Of a DNA stretch of 64,000 bases, positions 53,579 to 63,568 are shown piece by piece (within the stretch, counting starts at the first letter, position 1; every line of letters starts with the position of its first letter). The position numbers and the translations under genes were made by a program. The notes under the pieces were generated by a model that was not told the origin of the DNA, did not search any database, and saw nothing but the letters and a program-made list of their open reading frames with translations. This DNA comes from an uncultured Candidatus Saccharibacteria bacterium (lineage in GTDB: Bacteria > Patescibacteriota > Minisyncoccia > Minisyncoccales > GWA2-38-27), in NCBI GenBank assembly GCA_964583485.1, contig CAZOVC010000002.1, positions 2,959 through 66,958 of the forward strand. Reading direction: 5' to 3'.

Positions 53579-53969
53579 CGCCTCCTTTCTACCCTATAAT
53601 GTAGGGCTCTAAAGTAAACCTTATTTTCAAAGAACTTCACTATGTTATAATTATAGCAAACTGTCAAGAAAAGTCAAGGGTTTAGTAAAAAATTGGGATT
53701 TGAAATTCGATTAATAAAAAACTCGTAATTCGTTATTTCGTGTTTTTTTGAGGCCTCTCGGTCGCAAGAACCGAGCACCAGCCTGCTCTGGTGCTGCGAT
53801 TCGAACTGTCTCAAATTCGAATAAAGTTCGATGTCCTAGACGGGTATGGGGACATTTTTCTCGAACTTTTTCCAAAATATGAGGCGGATCGGTCTCTCGA
53901 ACCGCGCTCAAGGTAGCTGCGGGAACTGGAAAACGTTAGAAATTGTTTAATAGCAGATTCGCTGGCATT

Positions 53970-54446
53970 CTAAGAATGTTTACTTAGAATAAACCCTTTA
54001 AGCCATTCCCCATCAGCAACCATAAGCTCTAAACTGCCAGCCGGCTTATGGATTGTTTCTTTCCGATAAACCTTAATCTGTTCAGGAGAAGACGTCCAAA
54101 TGCTAACCTTAGAAAGGCCAAATAATCGAGCCGATACTCCCCTAACATTTTCAACATTCTGAACCTTATCAAAGGAAATTGAATTAGAGCGTTTAATTAT
54201 TACCCCAGAATTTATCGTTATTTTGTCATTCTCTACAACAAAGGTTAAAAATTTAAAATAAAGGAGAAAATACACAAACACTGGTAAACCAATAAAGATT
54301 AGCAATGAAATAAAAACACCATACCAAACACCCTTATTAAAGACTAAAAATGGCAGAGATATTGTGAAAAACAAAAGAATGATTTTCGTTAAAACATACC
54401 ACTTAACTACGGATGGCAATTTAGTAGGAGTATTTTGATTTATCAT
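53970..54446 (-). CDS. Membrane protein with bacterial PH domain (YdbS/DUF304-like)
   Basis: Two TM helices followed by a PH-like region. Confidence 0.45.
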   Translation of the reverse strand: MINQNTPTKLPSVVKWYVLTKIILLFFTISLPFLVFNKGVWYGVFISLLIFIGLPVFVYFLLYFKFLTFVVENDKITINSGVIIKRSNSISFDKVQNVENVRGVSARLFGLSKVSIWTSSPEQIKVYRKETIHKPAGSLELMVADGEWLKGFILSKHS

Positions 54447-54470
54447 ATTATTTATTTTACTAAAAAATTG

Positions 54471-54680
54471 TTATTTTGGCGACTTACGACTTTTGTTTGT
54501 CGCCTTTTTTATTGATTCTTTTTTAAAAGCTTCACGCTCGATTAGGTCTGGCGCATAAACAGCCCTATAAAGATTAACTAATCTCGTGGCCTTATCCAGC
54601 GCCACTTGGTCAGAAAGTTCCTCGCCAAATCTCTTCTTATAAAGTTCCTTAAATTTTTCTAACGATTCTTTAGATATCAT
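54471..54680 (-). CDS. Hypothetical small protein
   Basis: 69-aa ORF. Confidence 0.3.
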   Translation of the reverse strand: MISKESLEKFKELYKKRFGEELSDQVALDKATRLVNLYRAVYAPDLIEREAFKKESIKKATNKSRKSPK

Positions 54681-54685
54681 CTTGA

Positions 54686-55216
54686 TTATTTTATTATTCC
54701 ATATCCCTCAGAAATCGGATCCTGAAAAAGAAAAAAGTGGGGAGGATAGAAAGTGAAAACCACAAAGGCCAATAGCAGTATTATCAACGATAAAAGAGAA
54801 ACGGTATTAAACCTTTGGGAGAACTCCGGCAACATCATAATCTTATAACTCACTATTTGGCCAATAACTACTGCCAAGATGAAAATCGAAATATCAATTG
54901 CCAAAAGGTTATAACCCAGCAGGGCCGTATAGGAATAAAAGAAAACAACTATCAATATGGGCATCAAATATATTCCCGAGGCCTTGGCGCAGAGAAAGTT
55001 ATTCGCCTTGCCCTTAAAAATTCGGCTCTCCAGCAGGGCCCAGATAAGAGCTGGGATTACGGCCAGCTTCAAATGCTCCCAGGTGCTTTCATTAACCGCT
55101 GAAAACGCTCCCGCGAGCCAAAACCTATTCAGCAAGTTAAAAGTGAAATGAAGCAAGCTCCCAGTCAAAGAAATGAAAACTATTCCCAATATCTCAAATT
55201 TAAAAACTCTGTTCAT
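54686..55216 (-). CDS. Hypothetical polytopic membrane protein
   Basis: 176 aa, 5 TM helices. Confidence 0.45.
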   Translation of the reverse strand: MNRVFKFEILGIVFISLTGSLLHFTFNLLNRFWLAGAFSAVNESTWEHLKLAVIPALIWALLESRIFKGKANNFLCAKASGIYLMPILIVVFFYSYTALLGYNLLAIDISIFILAVVIGQIVSYKIMMLPEFSQRFNTVSLLSLIILLLAFVVFTFYPPHFFLFQDPISEGYGIIK

Positions 55217-55233
55217 ATTTTTTTGTTACAATA

Positions 55234-55443
55234 CTATTTCTTTTCTTCTGGAGAAGATTTAATGATTTCTTCTATCTCCATCTCAGCTTTTTTGATTCTT
55301 CCCTCGCAAATAGTAATAAGCTCACGGGCACGTTTCACTTTGGCTGCCAGTTTGTCCACATCAACATTTCTCTCCTTTATATCTTCAAGAATACTTTGAA
55401 GCTCCTCGTAAGCTTCATCATAAGAGATTTGTTTTTCGTTCAT
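55234..55443 (-). CDS. xseB: Exodeoxyribonuclease VII small subunit
   Basis: 69-aa coiled-coil protein directly downstream of xseA. Confidence 0.7.
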   Translation of the reverse strand: MNEKQISYDEAYEELQSILEDIKERNVDVDKLAAKVKRARELITICEGRIKKAEMEIEEIIKSSPEEKK

Positions 55444-55450
55444 ATTTTTG

Positions 55451-56698
55451 TTAGTTAATAATGCTTTTTATTTCACCGTCTGATACGGTGGTTATCATAT
55501 TTTGGCCGGCCTTAACTTCTTTTATGCTTTTAATTGTTTTACCGCTGACTTTACTGACGCTAAATCCTAAACGAATGATATTAATGGGATCTGATAAATC
55601 TATCCTTAAGGAATATTGTTTTATGGTTTCTCTGATATTTTTAAAAAACTCCTTGCAGTAAAACGATAAATTCTTGCGATTTTCTTTTAATTCCTCTTTA
55701 TCTCCTTCTAAATAAAGAGTGCTTTCTCGATTGATTTGTTTTCTAATTTCTATTAAGTTCTGCAATTCTACTTTGGTAAGATTTCGGGAGGTATGAGCAA
55801 TTTCAACAGACAAAGCATCAATTTTTTCTAAAAACTCATTTACGCGCTCTACAAAGAAAGTTGCCGCAGTACTTGGAGTCTGCTGATAGGAAAATGCCAC
55901 CATGTCTGTAATCGTAAAATCTGTTTTATGCCCTATGCCGGTGATAACTGGGATTTGTAGGAAAGCTATCTTTTCTGCGATTTTTTTATTATCAAACCAA
56001 CTTAAATCAGTTTTTGAACCACCCCCTCGAACGATGACTACCGCGTCTACATTTCTTTGCTGATTGAAATAATCCAAGGCCTCGCAAACTTCTGGCTCAA
56101 CCTTTTCTCCCTGAACCGATGCGTTATGAAATCTTATCTTAAAGTAAATCCCACTCTTTTTGAGTTCGCTTATAAAATCAGTATATCCTTCTCTGCCTTT
56201 TTGAGTTATCAGTCCAATGTGTTGCGGTACTAACGGCAAAACTAATTTTTTGTTCTTATCCAATAAACCCCTCTTTTCTAAATCTTTGATAATCATTACC
56301 CGCGTTTGTGCAAGCTTACCTAAAGTGAATTCTGGGTCGATGTCTTTTATGACCACCTTATATTCGCCCCACGGAGGATAAACATCTATTCTGCACAACG
56401 CTCTAATTTCCAAACCGTCTCTTAACTCAGCATTACTTATCTGACTAAATTTCTGTAATATTTTATTGATATCGCTATTAAAAATAGAGGCGGAAATCTT
56501 GGAGATAATTTGATCTTTGTCTGGATTCTTTTCTTGCAACTGGAAAAAGATATTTTTTGAGCCCTTTTGTTTATCAAAACCAGTTACCTCACCACGAACC
56601 CAAATTAATTCAGCAAACGAACCCTCTAAAATTTGCTCTATTTCAGAATTGAGTTCTAAAATCGTATATGTTTTTTGCTGAGGGTTATTAATTTCCAT
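55451..56698 (-). CDS. xseA: Exodeoxyribonuclease VII large subunit
   Basis: N-terminal OB fold (IWVRGEVTGF) and catalytic core. 415 aa. Confidence 0.8.
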   Translation of the reverse strand: MEINNPQQKTYTILELNSEIEQILEGSFAELIWVRGEVTGFDKQKGSKNIFFQLQEKNPDKDQIISKISASIFNSDINKILQKFSQISNAELRDGLEIRALCRIDVYPPWGEYKVVIKDIDPEFTLGKLAQTRVMIIKDLEKRGLLDKNKKLVLPLVPQHIGLITQKGREGYTDFISELKKSGIYFKIRFHNASVQGEKVEPEVCEALDYFNQQRNVDAVVIVRGGGSKTDLSWFDNKKIAEKIAFLQIPVITGIGHKTDFTITDMVAFSYQQTPSTAATFFVERVNEFLEKIDALSVEIAHTSRNLTKVELQNLIEIRKQINRESTLYLEGDKEELKENRKNLSFYCKEFFKNIRETIKQYSLRIDLSDPINIIRLGFSVSKVSGKTIKSIKEVKAGQNMITTVSDGEIKSIIN

Positions 56699-56717
56699 AT
56701 TATTATTTCAAATCGAA

Positions 56718-58871
56718 TTAATCCCAATCGACTTTTTCAATCTTTGGGTTAAGTTTTTTCATCGAATTATACCACTTTTGAAATTGTGCTTTAGTATCCT
56801 CTTTTTCTTTTTGATCTAGTATCAACTCATAGCTCGTAAATAATTCTGGAGGATTCCCTATATATACTCCTTTCTTCCAAAATTTTACCAAGGCCTCCAT
56901 AATTTCTAACAGGCTTCTAGTATCGCATTTAGCTATTACTTGTATCATTCTTTCTGCCGACATCAACCATATACCATTATAACCTTGTATTTTTTTCTTT
57001 CCTTTCAAAAAATCAGAAATTCTTAATAACATTATTTTATACCAATGAATACAAATAAGTGGTTCCTCTTCTACCAAATCTTCTATAATCATCTCGAGGT
57101 GGCTATAAATATCTCTTTGATATGGACACTCTAGAAATAAATCAATATAGGGTTTTATTGTCTTAAACTCAATTTTGTTGTCTTTTAAAATTTTCCAGAA
57201 ATGCCAACTAATACTTCCGCGCAGTTCATTATAATTCCTATCTGTATTTTTAATCATCTCTATTAATTTTTTTTCTAATTTTTTGCCATCAAATTTAATA
57301 GTTGGTTGATCTTTATAATGTCTTTGGCGAAAAATACCGAAATAAACAAAAAGTGGAGCAGACTCATCTGTGATTTTTAGAGCATCTAAGACCCTTTCCG
57401 CTTCTTTTGTTGATAAATCTTTATAATACGCAAAAACATGGCATAGCCATTTTGCAATAGCTTTATAGTTCGGATTTTTAGCAACAAGTCCGACTAAATC
57501 AAAAGTTAATTTATTAAACTTTTTATATACTCTTCGATACGGTCTCTTGCCATAACCGTCGAGTAATTGTCTCCTTGCGGTAATTTCGGTTAGAGAAACA
57601 ATGGCTTGCTGTTTAATGTAAAGGTTTCTATGCTTTAGTAATTTTTCAGTATAATTTAAAGCTTTATTTATATATTTTTTATTTTTCTCCTCTCTTTGAA
57701 ACGCAAGTCTCTGGATTACCCAAGCAAGATGACCCAACACGGTAGTAATAATATGCGGATCTTCGCCATTGATAATTTGTTGATGGTAGTTAAATTTCGG
57801 ATCGCCTTTATAATTTTCTGGCTCAGCTGGATCTGGATCGTCTATAAATTTATCAATAATCCAGATAGCGTCATTAAATCTTTCTTTTTCGGCTAACCAA
57901 ATACCAAGTCGCACCATTTCTTCACGAGTAAATTTATCTATGAAAAGTTGATAGGGTTTTTTATCTTTTAGAAATTTTCTAAGGGCGGAAAATAGTTTTT
58001 CTTTATGTTCATCTCCTAATTTTTCTAACAAATAAAACCATTTTTCAAATAGTTGTTTTTGTTGTTTATTTGAAGGTTTAATTTTTTTCTTATCAAAAGA
58101 AGTCAAAAAATCTCGACTATAAAGAATTTCATGGAAAAATTGTCCATCTCTACTTTCAAATTGAAGCCAAATTTCTTCAATATTTTCGTAATTTAAAAGT
58201 TCTTTATAAGAGAAAGTTAGAGCCTCGATGAAATCGTTTGTTCTGTCGCCAAAAAAATACTTATTAACTAATAATAAAATTTTTCTATCTGCCGTTAACG
58301 CGCCTAGTTGTTTATTTGCGGTGGTGATTTTAGGGCCAATGTTTTGATGGATAGTTCCGGCGGGGTTGATTGACCTAACAGGGCCCATTGAAGCTGCCAA
58401 TGCTACCTTGTTCTCTTTTCCTTCGGATTTGCTTATTACTTCAAAATCTCCTATTCCCTCAACGAAGATATCTTTTTGATTGTTCCGAAGAGCATTGATA
58501 ATAATATCGGCTATTATTTTTTCCTGTCCAGCTTTAACTTTTAAATGCCAAGGAAAATTAAGAAAATAAATACCTCTCGGAAATTTTGAATCTTTTATAC
58601 GTTTGTCTAATTCTTCTTGTAATCTTTTTGTGTTATACCCTCTTGACATCGATTGCTCTAACTCCTCTCTCTCATGCACTTCTTTTATTTCGATCGCAAT
58701 CTTTGGTTGCACTAAAAAATAATCCGGAGCTTTGTATTGATTATTTTTATCGGGACAATCAATATCAACCTTTTTTATTTTTGGAAAATAGCTAGATAAA
58801 TAAAACTCAACAAGCGGCTTAATATATTTATCTTCCCTTTTAGGTTGTTTGTAGATAAAATCAATTTTCAT
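56718..58871 (-). CDS. Large hypothetical protein with an N-terminal PD-(D/E)xK-like nuclease motif and a long helical C-terminal region
   Basis: APDYFLVQPKIAIEIKEV fits the D...E-x-K pattern. No known family for the remaining 600 aa. Co-directional with the R-M gene. Confidence 0.45.
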   Translation of the reverse strand: MKIDFIYKQPKREDKYIKPLVEFYLSSYFPKIKKVDIDCPDKNNQYKAPDYFLVQPKIAIEIKEVHEREELEQSMSRGYNTKRLQEELDKRIKDSKFPRGIYFLNFPWHLKVKAGQEKIIADIIINALRNNQKDIFVEGIGDFEVISKSEGKENKVALAASMGPVRSINPAGTIHQNIGPKITTANKQLGALTADRKILLLVNKYFFGDRTNDFIEALTFSYKELLNYENIEEIWLQFESRDGQFFHEILYSRDFLTSFDKKKIKPSNKQQKQLFEKWFYLLEKLGDEHKEKLFSALRKFLKDKKPYQLFIDKFTREEMVRLGIWLAEKERFNDAIWIIDKFIDDPDPAEPENYKGDPKFNYHQQIINGEDPHIITTVLGHLAWVIQRLAFQREEKNKKYINKALNYTEKLLKHRNLYIKQQAIVSLTEITARRQLLDGYGKRPYRRVYKKFNKLTFDLVGLVAKNPNYKAIAKWLCHVFAYYKDLSTKEAERVLDALKITDESAPLFVYFGIFRQRHYKDQPTIKFDGKKLEKKLIEMIKNTDRNYNELRGSISWHFWKILKDNKIEFKTIKPYIDLFLECPYQRDIYSHLEMIIEDLVEEEPLICIHWYKIMLLRISDFLKGKKKIQGYNGIWLMSAERMIQVIAKCDTRSLLEIMEALVKFWKKGVYIGNPPELFTSYELILDQKEKEDTKAQFQKWYNSMKKLNPKIEKVDWD

Positions 58872-58873
58872 AT

Positions 58874-59335
58874 TTAAGTTTCCTTAAATTGATTTACAGA
58901 AGATTGGAATTTTGCCCTAAATTCATCTAACGATTGTCGGTCGATAAAATGAAGGTTGCGAATACCAATACAAGCTGATCTTATGTAATCTTCGGTATTG
59001 CCCTGAAATTCACCATCCGTTACTAAGTAAAATCCATCTATTTTATAATCTTTCCCATCTACATTTGTAAATTTCCCAAAAGCAATAGAGAGCTGTCCGA
59101 TTATTTCTTTTATTTTTTGTGTTGGCTTCCCGGTACATTTTATGTTGCCGGTTTTTATTTGCATACCATATGCCCTCAGCAGTCCGAAGACATCAAGTTT
59201 GAGAATCACTAAATCTAATCCGAATTCTCTTGAGCCGTGTTTATCTAAAATTCTCTCTTCGGGCTGTTTTATAGCTTCTAGAATAGATTTAATTTCCTTT
59301 CTTAGTTTGTCTTCTTTATTCATTTTTAATTCCAA
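58874..59335 (-). CDS. Small hypothetical protein, possible Mrr-like restriction endonuclease fold
   Basis: GLDLVILKLDVFG...YGMQIK segment. Overlaps the R-M gene start. Confidence 0.35.
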   Translation of the reverse strand: MELKMNKEDKLRKEIKSILEAIKQPEERILDKHGSREFGLDLVILKLDVFGLLRAYGMQIKTGNIKCTGKPTQKIKEIIGQLSIAFGKFTNVDGKDYKIDGFYLVTDGEFQGNTEDYIRSACIGIRNLHFIDRQSLDEFRAKFQSSVNQFKET

Positions 59336-61151
59336 ATAGCTTTTTAACTAATTCATCATTCTCCCCCTCCAGCTTTCCAATCTCGTTTTCTTTGCCTTCG
59401 GATTTGAGTTGGTGGCAGTTTTTGGAGACCTCGGCGAGTTTTTGGTGAAGTTCATTTTTTGAATCAAATTTTGGAATACCGATGTGCTCCATTACTGAAG
59501 GCGTACCAAAGCCCCGACCAGCAGAAGAAAAAGATTTAATAAAATCACGAACTGGTTTTGAATTGATAATGGCACAAAGATAGTGAGCTTCGGTTTCGTT
59601 CTCAACGGGGAAAATAACAGTTGTATCAAGAGAAATTATAGATTTATAACCGAAGGGAGTTTTAATCTCTGAAATAACTGTCGCCACAATATCCGTGGTC
59701 ATTCTTTTCCAAACCACTTTATAACGACTAAAAGTATAATTTCCGATGTTATACTGACTATAAAAAGGTGCGCCTGATTTCAAATGGAATTTTTTATACG
59801 ATGTTCTTGATAATAATTCTTCTCTAAATTTAGTTAAATAACTAAAAGTAAGTGGCCAATCAGATTTCATTCTAGATTCATCGTATCCCTTCATAGGATT
59901 ATCTTTATCGTTCACAAGGAGAACAAAGAAGTTTGAATCAAGTCCCCATCGTTTTATATTCGGTCCCTGAATCGCTGGATAAACTAAATTGGGTTCTATT
60001 TTTTCTTCTATCTTCTTAATTTTTGTTCTACCTCTTTCGGACAAGTTAGAAATAAGTAAATTACCATCTGATAGGACTTGTTTTACTTCAAGCCAAAATA
60101 TGCCATAGGGATCAGCCCAAGCGCCGGCTCGATCCTTATAAAAATTTTGCCCTTCAATGGCGAGTAAACCTTCCTCGCCAGTCTCAATCGTTTGCCAGGC
60201 GCCAACGTTTGTTCTAATTGGTTTGGCTATTAACTTTTTTCTGTTTAATAAAGTTAGAACCTCATTTAACAACTTATCCGTGGCGATTTTCCCTATGCCT
60301 TTTTTCTTATTCCAAACAATATAAGAAACTGGATATTCTGTTCTCTCTCCTTTTTTAAGGATTATTGCGGCAGTTTTATTTGTTGCTCCTTCAAATGGTT
60401 GAATAGAAACTAAATCGTGGGCTTTCAATATTTTTAGATAACTTCTGTCGCCTAATTGAAATCGTCTAAAACCTTCACCTGCTCCTTTAGCTTTAAAAAC
60501 TTCTTGGGTTATTAAGAACCCTAATTTTGCTCCATCTTTTAGATAATAATCAGACGAGGCATAAACAAAAAGCATTGAAAAATCTGGTTTTGCGCCGCCA
60601 AGCATTTGTGCATATCCTTTAAGCGAAAATAATCCATATTCTTTCCAGAGATGTCTTGTCGCTTCTCTATATTCTTCAGCAAGGAAATCCCATCTAATCC
60701 ATGGCGGATTACCAACAACAAAATCAAATTTACCGGCGACCATTGGAGCGAAGGCGTTTTTGAGGAAGCGGGCCCAAATGCCGTTTTTATTTTGTTTTTC
60801 AAGTTCCAAAATCTGATTGTAGAAATTTTTAACCACCTCTTGATTGATTGGGAAAAGTAGACCTTCCTTTTTAAATCTACTCATTGCTTCATTAACCGAG
60901 TACTGATTTTTTGTCATTTCTTCAACAAGTGGCGCAGCGTCAGCCAGCAAAAATCCGCCGTCTCGAACCCACTCGGCTGGCACTTGAAATTTTCCAACAG
61001 AAGTTGAAACTTCCAAAAACTCGCCAAAAAGATTTCCCGTTGTTCTCGTGGGAGTTAAAACCGAATCAGTAAGATAAATCGGAATTTCTACTCGTGGGAG
61101 TTCATTTGCTAAATCACCCAGAGCAAACAAATAATTGGTGCGGGGCGACAA
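59316..61151 (-). CDS. C-terminal part of an MmeI-like type IIL/IIG restriction-modification enzyme (N6-adenine methyltransferase motif IV plus target-recognition region)
   Basis: DFVVGNPPWIRWD (NPPW). TTG start. It continues the upstream ORF in a different frame. Confidence 0.6.
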   Translation of the reverse strand: MSPRTNYLFALGDLANELPRVEIPIYLTDSVLTPTRTTGNLFGEFLEVSTSVGKFQVPAEWVRDGGFLLADAAPLVEEMTKNQYSVNEAMSRFKKEGLLFPINQEVVKNFYNQILELEKQNKNGIWARFLKNAFAPMVAGKFDFVVGNPPWIRWDFLAEEYREATRHLWKEYGLFSLKGYAQMLGGAKPDFSMLFVYASSDYYLKDGAKLGFLITQEVFKAKGAGEGFRRFQLGDRSYLKILKAHDLVSIQPFEGATNKTAAIILKKGERTEYPVSYIVWNKKKGIGKIATDKLLNEVLTLLNRKKLIAKPIRTNVGAWQTIETGEEGLLAIEGQNFYKDRAGAWADPYGIFWLEVKQVLSDGNLLISNLSERGRTKIKKIEEKIEPNLVYPAIQGPNIKRWGLDSNFFVLLVNDKDNPMKGYDESRMKSDWPLTFSYLTKFREELLSRTSYKKFHLKSGAPFYSQYNIGNYTFSRYKVVWKRMTTDIVATVISEIKTPFGYKSIISLDTTVIFPVENETEAHYLCAIINSKPVRDFIKSFSSAGRGFGTPSVMEHIGIPKFDSKNELHQKLAEVSKNCHQLKSEGKENEIGKLEGENDELVKKLFGIKNE

Positions 61152-62505
61152 TAACCGCCAAAGGATTCAAGTCAAAACCCCAGATATTGGCGACAATTCT
61201 TTTAGCTATTTCAAGTGACGGCCATTTTTCTTTTTGTCCATGTTCTTTAGCTCGTTGAATGGCCAAAACAAGAAAAGTACCCGAGCCACAAGCGGGATCC
61301 AAAAATCTTTTAAGCGTATTACCGTCATAGCCAACCTCATTAAGTAGTAATTCCGCCAGCCAATCGGGCGTGTAATACTCGCCAAGGCGATGACGAACTT
61401 CCTGCGGGACTAAATACTGATAAAGTTTTTTAAGTAGGTCGCGGGTCGAAACAGGATCTAAAGTGCTTGTTGCTGGTTCGAATTCGGAAAGGGCTCGGCC
61501 AATTTCTCTAATCGCTTCTTTTAACTCCGGTGATTCAAAAGTATCAAGATACCAACGGAAGAAATCGCCTTCCAAAAAATTAGTAATTCCTTTTCGGGTG
61601 TAAACTCCGCCGTTTTCTATATCTTCAAGTTGTCTTTTAAGTTCGTCGTCAGAAATATGAGCAAACTGAGAAGCGAGAGATGAACTAAAAGACGTTTCTC
61701 TTAATGTTAAAAGTTCGGCAGCGATAAGTTTCATTAAAAAAGCAAAGTAGGTATGGACAGAAAATAAAAGCTCTTGAAAATCTGTTTCTTTGCCAACTCT
61801 ATAAAGTTTTGAAAGTGTGTCCGCTTCTTTTTCTTGCTGGCCACCCGTAAATTGTTCGCCATAAACAATGCCAAATAATCTTTTCCACTCATTAAAAAAT
61901 GTGCGGATGTGTATTTGATTACCCCAGTATTCCAAAGCGTTGGCAAGGGCCGAAACCATTTTGGGGGCGAGTTCGCTTTGAGGACCAAATTTTTGAGCTA
62001 AATTTTCAGCTGTGAGAGGAAGACGAGATAAAGCTCGTAGATAAATTAAAAAAGTTCTCGCACTTTCTGGATTAAAATCATAAGGCCCACGGATAGAAAG
62101 AAGAGGATATTGAACAAAGAAAATCTGTTCGCCGTCAAATCCTACTCCGACTAACTGCTTTAACTTTGTTTCTTTCGCCTCATCGGATAAATAATTCACT
62201 AACTGATCATAGGCGTGATCTATATTTTTCTTTGAAGAAAATGATTTTGGCGATTCGTATTCGATAATTACCTGTCCGTGCATTGCGTCTGAACGACCGC
62301 TATAAACAGACTTCTCATATTTTGGAGTTGACTTAAGATTTAATTCGGTCTTAAGCGGATCTAAAAGTTTTTCAAAACCAATTCGTAAATCTTCTTCTGT
62401 TTTGGCTTCGCGAAGTATATTTTTTGTTCCAGAAACCAAATCATCCGCTAATTTCGGGAGTGACTTTTGACTTTCATTTTTATTTGGTAAATCTTTAATT
62501 TTCAT
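61114..62505 (-). CDS. N-terminal part of the same MmeI-like enzyme (PD-(D/E)xK nuclease, helical spacer, SAM-binding motif I)
   Basis: RSDAMHGQVIIEYESPK (nuclease D...EYK) and LDPACGSGTFL (motif I). Ends 38 nt inside the next ORF, a frameshift at a GGGG run (61142-61145). Confidence 0.6.
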   Translation of the reverse strand: MKIKDLPNKNESQKSLPKLADDLVSGTKNILREAKTEEDLRIGFEKLLDPLKTELNLKSTPKYEKSVYSGRSDAMHGQVIIEYESPKSFSSKKNIDHAYDQLVNYLSDEAKETKLKQLVGVGFDGEQIFFVQYPLLSIRGPYDFNPESARTFLIYLRALSRLPLTAENLAQKFGPQSELAPKMVSALANALEYWGNQIHIRTFFNEWKRLFGIVYGEQFTGGQQEKEADTLSKLYRVGKETDFQELLFSVHTYFAFLMKLIAAELLTLRETSFSSSLASQFAHISDDELKRQLEDIENGGVYTRKGITNFLEGDFFRWYLDTFESPELKEAIREIGRALSEFEPATSTLDPVSTRDLLKKLYQYLVPQEVRHRLGEYYTPDWLAELLLNEVGYDGNTLKRFLDPACGSGTFLVLAIQRAKEHGQKEKWPSLEIAKRIVANIWGFDLNPLAVIVAPHQLFVCSG

Positions 62506-62506
62506 A

Positions 62507-63568
62507 TTAACCTCGGTTAAACTTATAACTTATCAATTCGTCGTAGGATTTATCTTTAAAAGCGCTTTTGTTCTTTTCAATAACATCTAATTCTCCCACT
62601 CCGTTTTTATTTCTTGCTCTGATATAACCATTACGTTCACCGCCTTCATCGGTCTTTATGTCTACCCGAATAGTATTTTCGTTTTTACGCTCAACTTTGA
62701 TAATTTTTGTTTTCTTTAAATCGTATATCAATTTTTCTGCGCCAGAAAAAGCACCTCCAGGCATTTTGGTAAAATCTAAATTATCGCTACCTCTAATTGC
62801 GAACTCCTCTCTTGAAAAAAGTTGCTTGAGCAATAATGTTTTAAGATGAATTACTAAATTTCTATCATATGCAGGAAGGAATTTTTGTAGATCGTCTTTT
62901 ATCTTTTTATCATCAAACTTACCAACCTTTTCATAGACATCTTGAAAAGATGCGGTCTTTTTATAAAACTCTAATTTTTTATTAACCATCTCCCAATCAA
63001 CATCAATTCCTTTTGATAATAAATACCAAAGGTCATAAACATCTCTTCCCTTAGCTCTAATTATAAAAGCTCTGATTTTTTCGGCTAAAACCTCCTGCCA
63101 CCCAAGATGTCGAATAATGGGCTGAGGACTAATAGGAAGATCAGTCTCTAATACCTTTTCTTCTTCTGTGAAAGGTTTCTCTCTAGTGGAGAATTCGATA
63201 TGGATATTTAAAGGAAATTTCATCTCTTCGGTTTGATAACTTAAAATACCCGAAAGAGATTTATTCCCCACATTAACCTTTTTTAAAGTCGTGTCAGGAA
63301 TAACTAAATTAACTTTTTTCAATACATCTTCTAAACAATCTTTCAATTCAGTAATTGTTAACTTGGCTGTGAAATCCAAGTCTTCCGAAAAACGAGAGGA
63401 TTTCAAAAGCAAGTGGATTGCCGTGCCACCTTTAAAATAAATATCTTGACTCTCTTTTCTACTATAGAGAACTCCCAAAAAGACAATCTGAATATATTCA
63501 CGAAGAATGGTAAATTCATCTATAGAAAATCTTTGAGATAGTTCTTTTATCTGTTCTTTTGAAATCAT
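62507..63568 (-). CDS. AbiEii/AbiGii-family nucleotidyltransferase toxin (type IV toxin-antitoxin, abortive infection)
   Basis: YFKGGTAIHLLLKSSRFSEDLDF is the diagnostic AbiEii motif. Confidence 0.7.
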   Translation of the reverse strand: MISKEQIKELSQRFSIDEFTILREYIQIVFLGVLYSRKESQDIYFKGGTAIHLLLKSSRFSEDLDFTAKLTITELKDCLEDVLKKVNLVIPDTTLKKVNVGNKSLSGILSYQTEEMKFPLNIHIEFSTREKPFTEEEKVLETDLPISPQPIIRHLGWQEVLAEKIRAFIIRAKGRDVYDLWYLLSKGIDVDWEMVNKKLEFYKKTASFQDVYEKVGKFDDKKIKDDLQKFLPAYDRNLVIHLKTLLLKQLFSREEFAIRGSDNLDFTKMPGGAFSGAEKLIYDLKKTKIIKVERKNENTIRVDIKTDEGGERNGYIRARNKNGVGELDVIEKNKSAFKDKSYDELISYKFNRG

